Assembly: GCA_000708835.1 (NCBI GenBank)
Contig: DF237175.1
Coordinates: 1 to 64,000 of the forward strand
Length of the DNA stretch: 64,000 nucleotides
Direction: 5' to 3'
From: Klebsormidium nitens
Lineage: Eukaryota; Plantae; Klebsormidiophyceae
Positions 49,528 through 60,092 of this stretch are shown here, one piece after another (within the stretch, counting starts at the first letter, position 1; each line of letters opens with the position of its first letter). The notes beneath the pieces were generated by a model that made no database searches, was not told the DNA's origin, and saw nothing but the letters and a program-made list of their open reading frames with translations. The translations under genes were made by a program, and so were the position numbers.

Positions 49528-50798
49528 TCTAAGCTGCTACCTACATCCAATTCTTGCCTGCTCACCTGCTCATCTGCCTGCGATCTTCTTCCCAGCCTCC
49601 TACTTCAGCTGCCACTGTTTCGCTGCGTTCTAGTTCAGAATCGACCCCGTTCACCGTCTGCATTGCTGTGGCGCAAACGCCGCTTTCTTAACGAAGGGAA
49701 GTTCTGGTCATCCTGCATGGGAACTCCCTTCGACACTACACTCATACGGGCCACGGCGCAAGCAATTACATACCGTAATTCTGTCTCGGTCGCTGAGCGG
49801 TGCGTCCTGCCCGTCATTTTCTCATTTCCTACGCGTTTCCAGATTGAACAATGAGCTTCCTCCAAATCTAGGGCTCTATGGCACGACCCGCAGCAATGAT
49901 TTCTTACTGTAAGAAAGAAGGCTGCACATGATCAGCTGGTGATCAGCTGGCACAGCCGCGTTAGGACGTGAGCGTCTGAGCCGCCCGCCCTGGCACATCT
50001 GTCAGCTACTGACGTAGGCATACAGCTGCATGGCCTCATCATGCTGACGGTGTAGAGTGAACGGCCGGGCCAGCAAGTTCTCGGTCAAAGGCTCACAACG
50101 ACTTACAAAGAAGTGAAGACTTGAATGTTAGACTTCGTAATTCATGTCCAAGGAACGAAGGCTATGAAATGCTGGACTCATTGTTCCTTATTGGGATGGC
50201 AGTCAGATAGTGCCCGCTTGCCGAGATTTGTTCAAGAGCAATGGTGAGCGAAACAATGACGAAGTAATTTCCTTTGCCACGAGCTTTTCAGACATTGTCA
50301 TTGAATTCGGTACCATTGCTACGGCTTGATCGAAAATTCATTAATTGTTCACAGATCTAGATATGATGACTTGTCTGGACTCTATTGTTGTATCACAGCT
50401 CGGAGTATCTGATCAGGGTGTCAGTTTCAAAGGCTCTGCCAAGAAGAACCAGAGCCTCAGGGGACCAACCCAGAGACCTGAGAAATGCTTCGTAGCACCA
50501 ATCTCTCCACCGTGGTGACTCCTCGACCCAATTTTTCAACAAACCCAAAGCGCAGCAGAGGCACGCGGCATCCTGCGGTCGGACAACTTAGCCGAACAAG
50601 TGTTCGATTAATGCCTTGTCAAGGCGCTCCGGGGGCGCTCCATTCCCTTGACGGCCCTGATTCTGGAAGCGCTCGCGTCTTCCGGCCAGCTTACTCTCGT
50701 TTGCATCTTACACAGTCTGATGTCAGTTACAGCCGTCAACACCGTCGCCTCATCTTCACCGGCGTTCCCAAGTGTTCAACAGGGTTGCCGTAACGGTC

Positions 50799-51118
50799 CA
50801 GGGGCCAGCACCGAAGGTAAACTCCGCACAAGTGGATCCTATATTTGTATTTTTTATCCTGGCGCCAGCCAGGATTTTTCCGGTAAATCCTGGCTGGTTT
50901 TGAATATTTTCCGGTCTAAAAGTGGTTTTCCTGGCTAGAAAATTCAACATTCCGGTAAAAACGTCAAATCCTGGCGGGCTGCTTGCCCGCTTACGGGCCG
51001 CTTACGGTCCTCCCTGGCTGGCCGCCAGGAATTTCCGGCGAATTTTTTCCTGGCTGGCGCCAGAGTCAAAACCTTTCTTGCGCAGAGTTGCTGGCTGGCC
51101 GTTCGGTGCGGGCCCCTG
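50799..51118. mobile_element. MITE A (320 bp non-autonomous DNA transposon)
   Basis: TIR CAGGGGCC(A/C)GCACCGAA (16/17), with further similarity (AACTC.GC.CAAG) just inside. Flanked by ACGGTC at 50793-50798 and 51119-51124. The interior holds multiple TCCTGGC(TGG) and TTCCGG motifs. No ORF of note. Confidence 0.85.
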
Positions 51119-52146
51119 ACGGTCTCATGCTGTGGCCAGAGAGTAAGACTAGCCCCTTTCCCGTTCCATGTTTGGAGGCATCACTGGCCAGGCTGGGCCG
51201 GTGAGTAAGACGGCTGAATTACCGCGGACTATTTGTCACTGCCCTGCCAGATCAGGCCTCCTTGAACATGGATTTCGCGACCTTCCTGCCACGATCTGCA
51301 CTTAAGCATACAGGAACAAGATGTCGACAACGGTCGACAGCGTCAGCTGACAGATCGTATAGCTGGACGTGTTTGCACGTACTGGATGCCTCGAGGCCTC
51401 GGCCTTGTCGTTCTTACAGCCAGCGCCGGCGAACGGGCGCGACCGGGGCCGGCGGTCTTACTGCGGCACATCCCGGGTCCATTTGTCGCGAATAGGGGGT
51501 GTGATCCCTCCATGCACGTGCCAGCGTACAGAGTATGGCGCATGTTGCAGATTGAAGGCATGGCGTGTCAACGAGCCATGCATGGCCGCCGCACACATGT
51601 ACATGGCGGCATTGACCGTCCATGCATTTCAGCAGCCTGAGCTAGAGAATGCATGAAAACATGGAAAATAACAAGAGCTAGCTCAGTGTTCCGGACGCAT
51701 ATTGTACGTGCAACTTCGTTGCTTGTTTAAGCGTACAATCGTACGCAGATTTGTATATATCGATCGCTTTATGAAATGCACGGCACCAACTTGGTGCAGC
51801 AAAGTTACTAGCTGAACGTCTAGCGTAGTGGTTGAAAGAGTAAGCGCGTGCCGCGGTGAAATATCTGCACCACACTGCATGATCATCGCTTACATCGCAC
51901 AAGTCGTGAGCATGTCAATGCATAAATGTAGGCAACAACCCGCATGAACCCGGCTTTTATCAGAATCTGCAAGAACTTGGATATAAAGCATGGAGGATCA
52001 GGTGCAGATTTGGACTCTACTTATAGCAGGTAGTCTGACCATGAACGGAAAGGTTTAGGTTTATCCGAGTTTATCCGGACAGGACGAGTTCCACAAGCAT
52101 GACGTTTGACTCCGTAGCTACAATGCTTGCAAGTTTAGCGAGCAGC

Positions 52147-55100
52147 CTATACTAGGACCTTGATGAATATCCTTAGGATTGCTGTGTACAGGACAGCCAG
52201 GGAGGCACCCAAAGGGATTGTGATCGCCCATGAAGCGACAATGCTCTTCACAGTATCCCCTTGTATACTGTTGAGGCCTCTGGCAAAACCCACCTGCGAA
52301 TGACCGCACAGTTTTTTAAGGAACCAGACGCAAACAACATAGTCTCAAAAACAGGACTTTCCACGGTTTGCAAGCGATGATAGACTTACAGCTTGTTTCC
52401 TAGCTGCTGATGCTAATACCAAATTTGCGGACGTCAGAGATCAATTAGACGAGGCCAAAAAAGTTACCCGACTTTATGCAAAAACTGATCACGTTCAGAA
52501 AAGAACCAAGCACCCCCCACATGCTGCGAGAGAGGCAGCGTCTGCAATCAGTGGCACATTAAGTGGAGGAGTAACGAGACATATGCATATAACCCCCAAA
52601 CATACGGCAAAAAAGCCACGCACTTCTTCCTCATCTTGCAGTGGCACTGTCTCAGCAAGACTGTATCGAGGAGGACAGTTGGGATGTTGGACCATCTCTT
52701 CTCAAAGAGCAAGATATTAGTACTCACCCCCATGACCGCTCCAACCAAAGTGTGGGTTGCCGAGACTGGGAGCCCGAGCCGAGACGCCAGCACCACTACC
52801 GTTGCTGCCGCAAACTCGGCAGCGAAACCTCGCGTCGGCGTCAGCTCTGTGATTTTCTTCCCGATCGTGGCAATGACTCGGTATCTGCAGGGAGACGGAA
52901 ACCATCGTCAGTGCGCTCTACATCATTCTAATTAAGAAGAGCCCAACGTGTCTCGTTGACTATCTGCATTCTCGCTGGATTGCCTTACCGTGTCCACGAA
53001 TTTGAGACGGTGAAACGTAAGGCGGCATGTAAGAAACTCATGTTTCTAGCCCTTTGAGGAGGGTTGGAAGACGAACCTCAAAGGAAGACTCGGAGACTCC
53101 AAAGATGGAAATAGCGAGCGTTAGCGAGCGTCTTGCAGAAAAAGGTGCATAGGAAGTAACTTTATGAAGCTGAAGTCAAGGTTCATATTTCAAGAGCCTT
53201 TCAAAGATTACCAGCTGAGCTTTGCAAAACGCCTGCGGTTAAACTCCTCAGGGTTCCTGAAGTGAACAGCGACGGTCGTATTCAGCGGGATCAACTTCCT
53301 TACATGTTGAGGCCCAGGTCAAAAGCAAACGCGAAAGGAGGTGAGATTTGGAAGACACGAGTGCGCAGCTCTTTGACCTGGTCAAAGCAATACTCGCAAA
53401 GGAGATGCTTCTCGCGCTCACCCCCATACTAGGAGCCCCGCCACGATGCCGAACCCGCCCCAGGCCAGGACGCCCGTCGAGATGCCAACGTCCGTCGAAA
53501 GCACGGTGACAGTGCCGGCAGCGGCGTTGGCGGAGGCTGTGTAGAGGATGGAGAGGGCGGCGGAGATGGGGCCGATCGCGTTCGCCACGTCATTGGCGCC
53601 GTGGGCAAACGACATGAAGCACGCGGAGAGGACCTAAAGAAGATGAGGGAATCAGAAATCGCCACGAAAGGTGGAATTTCTCCAAACGGCTTGAGAGCGC
53701 AGCCGGTTGTCATGAGCGGCAAAACGAAGGGACGGTAGAAGCATCGCAACGAGATTCTCGGGTTGTTCCTGATTGCCTGCAATCAAGTTGCGAGAGCCCC
53801 AAGCCTTTTCTGCGCTTAACTCAGATATGGGAGAACAGCCTTGACTCTCTTTTTGAGTTGGAATAGTTGTCGAGCCGAAAGAGCATATCCGAGCCTGAAC
53901 GGACTTAACAGAGCATGCGCACGATGCAAGGGGAGAGCGGCGGCACAAGTGCTCGCCAACAGCTTTCACAAGGAATAACAGGTCCTGTTGACGAGTCTAG
54001 GACGTACTGTCACATCAACTTCGATACCCGAGACGCACTGACGAGAACATGTACCTTTGCTTTAGTACTTTTCTCTGAAAACGAGGACGAAACCGAGTAC
54101 GTAACGCTTAAACAAGCCGCTAAACATCTGTATGAAACCAGGGAGCGATTCGCGCCAGAAGCAAAAAGGACAATTGCACGCGACTTACCTGGAGGTAGCC
54201 AAAGACCTTGTACACCATCTTCAGCTGCAGGCCCTTGGGGCCGCCCGTCTTTGACTTCCTTTCCACAGGGCGGTCGGCCTTCGGTGATCTTTCTGAGAAA
54301 ATGAAGACGAACGGGAGTCAGATGAGCGGGCTACAACCGTCCTAAGAGAGACCGGTCTACCATGGGTCGGCTTGGCTTAGAGACTCCACGAAATCACTGA
54401 ACGTAGTACATTTGCCGATTGAATCAAACGTGATATTTTACAACTTGTTGCAGCGTTTGCTAGCCGAAGGACGGGGACAAGCCTTGATGATTGCCGCCCA
54501 AACAGGCACAAGGGCAGAGAACGCCGCAGCGGGTCCTGATGGTCCCAAAGGGAGGCTGCGGGCAGCCTCAACATGTGTCATGGCTGCCCCTGCTTGGCTA
54601 AGGAGAGGAAGCGCCACACCAACGATACATCTCCCTCGTAAAGAGTCACCCAGGAAGAAAAGGGCCGAACGGCCTCTTCCCAAATGCAAATTGGAAATGT
54701 AGACAGGGTCTGAAACGAACCTGGGTTGAGAACAGATTCAGTGTGCGGGCAGAAACAGTCGCGAGGTAATCTCCGCAAGAACGAGCAGGTCCGAGAATAA
54801 CTCTCACCCCGAGCTTTCAGCGACTTGAGTACAGGGCCCAGTTGCTGGTTGATGCCAAAGTGCATGGCGACAGCGCCGAGCAGGCCAGAGCCGCACGCCT
54901 TGGCAGCAGCGGTTGCAAGATTGCTTCCGTCCATAAGGGATAGGAAGGAGAGGCCGGAGACACCGGTGAACACTGCGATGGGCGCCGCTCGGCATGCGGC
55001 TAGGCCGGGGTTTTCTGCCCTGTATACAAACTGCGGGAGAAGGCGGCGGGCCGAATCAAACAACAACACCATGTTGGAGGGGACGGTTTGGTCGTTGAAA

Positions 55101-58100
55101 ATTGAGGGGCTCCTTCTTGGTGGGAGACCGATCGAAGTAAGGGTGTTCGTCGAACGATGGTATGACGGAACGCAAGCAAGGAGGCCGCAGATACGTTACC
55201 GTTTGACAAAAAAGTCTGTTTTTTCGAACCAACATGTCGGTCGCAAGACCGGCATATAAGGTCTACGGTATGCTTTTCTAGCTCGAATGAACGACTCGTT
55301 TTGCGCGTTCAACTAATCAAGGAGCGTAGAACTAGATTCCAAGATTTACACTCCTACGTCCCAATGACCTAGATCACAGGTATGACTTGATGCCTCCAGC
55401 CCCGCTTTGAGTTGGCGCCTTCGAAATCACTTGCATGGCGTAAGAAGAATGTCAACACCTCGAAAGATTGCTACTGCCTCTTTTTCTGTTCCTGTGCCCT
55501 GCTGAGCGTACGGTTGACAGCTCACCGTACGGATGCACTTGTAAACGATGAACGACACAACGGCCCCGAGGAGCGGGGAGACGAGCCATGAGCCAACGAC
55601 CCGGCCGAGCGACCCCCAGTAGACGGCGCCAAAGCCGCCGTACACGAGGCCGAAACCGACAAGGGCGCCGATGATGGAGTGGGTGGTGGAAACGGGCCAG
55701 CCGTAATAGGACGCTACCTGAACCAGATACGAGATGGAGCAAACCAGGTTAAGAAATTTTGTTGCAGGGCTGCGAAGGCGGCTCCCCTTGTGTTCGACGG
55801 CAAGTACTCTGGGTGTTGATACATGAGGGGAAATGAAGAAGGTGGTGACGACGAGCAAACCGTGGAAAGACGGCAGCTGAGACTGTCAGATACAGCGTTC
55901 AATACTTGTCGCGTCCGTTTCTGGATCCGTAAGCAGTGTTGTGATGACTGTCGTTCTCGCTCAATCAGGTGCCAGATCTGGCAGTAATCATGACAGAATT
56001 CTTCGTCGGCATATGATGCTCTCGGGGCTTCTTCGAAAGAATACCTCGCAATCTAGACCTTCTTTCTCTACATGATTATCACGTCAAATTACAGAAGTGA
56101 AACTCTAAAGAACGTGAGTGCTGGGCAACTGCATTTCAAGATACCAGTACAATTTGCTCCACATCCGCCGGAGAGCAGAGCTTTTACCAACATACGGAAT
56201 TTACCGAAAACCCCTGTGACACGCTTGCACAGCTATCAACACATGCAATGTCCTAGCAGCTGCGCTTTGATGCAGTCCTTCAAAAGCACAAAATAATTAA
56301 TGTGTCGAGTTGCCAATCTCAGGATCACGGTGTGGACACCAAAGCTCTCAGGCATTCAAGCGGTCTGAAAAGAGTCACTTGCCTGCAGCCACGTCCCGGA
56401 CGATGCTAGGGAAGCTAGCATACCACAGAAAAGGAGAGACGGGTTGTGCTGAAAGGCGGCAGAGTCCACAATGCCTTTTTGCATGGTGTGGGTGACATGA
56501 GAACCAACCTGCAGCACAAAGGATCGCCACTCTTTGTTTGAGGGTCTTAACAGAGCCAATGAGTCAAAGCCTGAAAACTGGTAATAGATCCTACTTGCGA
56601 GGCTCCAAAACTCAATCTACAGCTCCTGAAACAACAGTTTTATGGAGGGACATTTCTTCCAGCGCTCTGTCCAATCATGCTTTCAAAGGGAAATAGGGAA
56701 TGACTGAAAGCTTGCAATACGGTGCTCATCCACAGAATTTGTGGGGCAATGAACTTGGTTCAGGACTGACTACATATACCCAGCATTCGAGTCTTGTCCC
56801 CTTTGCTGATTCAATTCTTGAACACATAGCTGGCACCCTCTTTCCATCGATTGAAATATGTCAAACTTCCTCCGCAGACACAGGAGCAGAGCGCTTTACT
56901 TACCAGGAACGCCCCTGCAAACTCAAGAATGGCCGCTACGATGATGGCCTGCTTGAGCGTCAATGCCCCTGAACCTACTGAGGTTCCCATCGCATTTGCA
57001 ACATCATTTGCGCCTGCGGAGAGGATGATACCAGTTGGCATTCATTACTTGTCAAGTTGCTGTATTGAAAAGGGTAAAATAACAGACCTGATCAGGTATG
57101 GTCTAGGCGTAAGTTCTGTACTTGTGCATAGTGGAAGTGGCACCAACACAAGCGAAAAAGTCTGCCGAAGTCTAGATCTTAGTTTTTCAGCCACCTGAGG
57201 GGACATTCTGGAAGAATTTTTGGATGGCAATTTGTTCATCATGCTCCCTGACTTACATCCGCATCCTGAATGCTTGCAATCATAAATATCCATGCCCTGA
57301 CTTTATGTGAAATACGGCTTTCAGTGAGACCACTTGAAGAAGAAACACAATCAGTTAGACCCCAGACTTTCAGCAAAATGCAGGGCCACCAATGGTTGCA
57401 CTCCCAAGTGGTGAAATTTGACGCAAAAAGTTGACAACCCTTGGCCGCAAGACTTACCAATGTTCCAGGCCATGTAAAAGCCAAATAGCATGGTGACATA
57501 CGCGAGGACCTTTGCTCTCAGTGTTCCCCCCGCCAGCCCCAACAATTGGCCAATTGCTGGGTTCCTTAATCCCACAGCAGGGACAGCAATCGCAGTTGCA
57601 GCGATTGAAAGGATGATGGTATTGCAAGTGGTGTTGGAGACGCCAAATGCTTCTGACATTGACAGCATCTTCTCCTCCACAGCCGCCGCTGGGTCAGACT
57701 CATCATCGGAATGCAGGTTGTCTGTAGATTGGAGCACAATTGTGGTGAAAAAGGTGGGCAAGTTGGAAGAACAAACTGTCCACCGATTGATGTGCGACTT
57801 TGCAGGAAAACAGCCCTTGCAAAGTTTGACAGGGCATCAGAAGAAAGTAGTGTTGACGACCAGACTCTTTTGATCCGGATACAAGAGCTCTGATATATGC
57901 GGCGAAGCAGAAACACTTGGATGAGTGCGACCACTAGAGACGGACCACTTTCTGGCTATTCCACTTGCGAAGTCAGAAGAACATAAATGCTCATTTTCAG
58001 AAAGGGTGCACTGCCGATGCTGTGTCAGCATCTTCAGAGATGGTAAAGTTGCAGAGATTGATCGTCTTTTTCAATATAAATTTGCGGATTTGCAATTTGT

Positions 58101-58460
58101 AGGAGCACACGAGAACATCAACATACCTGTTCCAGAGGCGCTAATATTTGCAGCCCCCTCAACGAGATCTTCAAACTCTTGCACTTTATCATGATCAGGT
58201 GAGGCGCCTCCCCCTGCTGCAGCAGCCCTGTACTGTCCTAAGTTTCTTTTGTCTGCCGGCGATCTCAACGGTAGGAAGCTCCCCCAAACTTTCTGCAATC
58301 CACCAATTTGGCGCCGCGTCTTCAATGCTGCTCTCGGACTGCTTGTAACAGCACACAACTTGCCAAAAGTTGCAATTTGCGTGCGTGACCTCTTTCCGGT
58401 GGTGCTGCCACTTGGGCAAATGCTCAATCGGCTGACACTCAACTCTGCAACTGCCGCCAT
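52147..58460 (-). CDS. PHT2;1: PiT-family plastid phosphate transporter PHT2;1, 10 exons
   Basis: Transit-peptide-like start; [115 protein letters not shown]. Exons approx. 58460-58126, 57724-57455, 57013-56903, 56509-56383 (GC donor at 56382), 55718-55527, 55030-54808, 54290-54187, 53633-53422, 52884-52727, 52296-52147. Confidence 0.95.
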
Positions 58461-59176
58461 CGAAGCGCTCAACCAGTGCGAGCTACTTTACAGGATCCTC
58501 TTCGTCCATCCAATTGCTGGAGGTGAAATGATAAGTCAATGCTTGCTGCGACCCACAGCAAACCAGAATCTTCTGATGCGCCAGCGCCCTTAGCTTCCAC
58601 AGAGTTTCTCAAAGAGCAGATTAGCTGCAGATTATGCGAGCAGGGCTTTCTTTGAGAAGATTTTAATTTTTCTTGGGTGTCCACCAAAACCATTGACGCC
58701 CGTTGCTGAATGCAGTGCTGTCGCCAGCTCTCTGGGGCGTGCGCCCCTTCCCCACAAAGCTGCACAAAGCTGCCAATGCGAAGATGACCCACATTCTGCA
58801 TTTTGTCCAGGCTGCCAAGTTGATGCTGCATGTGCCCGCAAAACTGAAGGAATCAGGAATCCCTTGCCACAACGATTGGAGCGGTTTTGCGCCGTCGATG
58901 CTCGATCTCAGTGAACATTGACGATTCAGAAGCCCAGAAAAGCACGGGCAGCTTCAGAACCGTCCGATGAAGTTGCTTTTGCCTCTAAGGTGAAGTAGAA
59001 GGAACTAGCATGGCGAACGAGCTCGACGAGACGTTCCGACAGATCCAATGTATACTACCTATACCCACCAGATTAGTAGGCAAATACATGCCGTACGATA
59101 ATATACGCGCGCATTCAACAGATCGTTTTATGTGCAAGCCGTTATAATGTTGACGGCTCGTGGAGGGGCCGCTCAA

Positions 59177-59471
59177 TCGGCCCTGGAACCGGAATCTTGG
59201 CATCGGCATTTTCCATTTTTTGGGGCCAGGAATCTGGCATACGGCCTAAATTTTTTGAAGGAATTTGGCATCTCTGAAAATTTCAGAAAATTTCAGAAAA
59301 TTGGAATCTGGCATCTAGAAATCCTCCAAAACCAAGAGCTTTTTCCAAAAAATCTGAGGCATTTTTAAGGAATCTGGCATTTTTGGATCTCAGGAATCTG
59401 GAATATTACGGCTTATTTGACGCTTGGAATCTGGAATTTCCGAACCCAATAAATGCCGGTTCCAGGGCCGA
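59177..59471. mobile_element. MITE B (295 bp) between the divergent PHT2;1 and SPEF1 genes
   Basis: TIR TCGGCCCTGGAACCGG(A/C)AT, flanked by GCTCAA at 59171-59176 and 59472-59477. About 7 internal copies of GGAATCTGG(C/A)AT, with an AT-rich centre. Confidence 0.88.
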
Positions 59472-60092
59472 GCTCAACAATACAGACAAAGCGACAACGC
59501 GGGAAGAGCCTTGAGGTCCGCCGGGGGTCCGCGTTGAGCAGTAGATACATCAGCATATGTAACAGAGACCGCATGCACTGAGGTACCAACATTTGACAGA
59601 AGATAGTGCTCTACACGCAGAACCCAATGCTTAGTAGTACTGCTTTCATTCTACTGGGAGTCCGCTGAGTCCTCTCCGGCTTCTGCTTTCTCCTGTTGGC
59701 GCGAATATGTTTTCTGGAGAGTTCATCTGGGAGTGCACTTTACCATCTGCAGTCTTTTTCAAATTGATAGACAAGCACGGAGACGTGTCGGATGAGACCT
59801 TCAACGGCACCTAATTATCTAAGTAGACAAATGACTCTATGTCTCACCGACTTTCTGATTGGAGTTTTGAAACGATCTTGTCGCGTTATGAAGTGACAGA
59901 GGGGTTAGAACTACAGGAAGCTCACGCCAAAGCCGCATTGGTTGTTCTCAGAACCTCGAGGGAAGTTCCTTCTATGATCGAAGTGAAAGAAGGATCATCG
60001 GCTCGTCTACATCTTCTCAGAAGCAGCCATATCGGTTCAGGAATCTATACTGCCTACAAACACCAGATATTGCAGTTCAGCACATGGTTGGG

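Noticed and set aside
52160-53890. P1BS-like GNATATNC sites within PHT2;1
   Set aside because: About 16 are expected by chance in 64 kb, and none was seen in the promoter.
54438-54689. Hydrophobic 83-aa ORF in a PHT2;1 intron, faintly like the preceding TM exon
   Set aside because: The flanking exons already join in phase and match PHT2;1, and the similarity is too weak to call an echo by eye.
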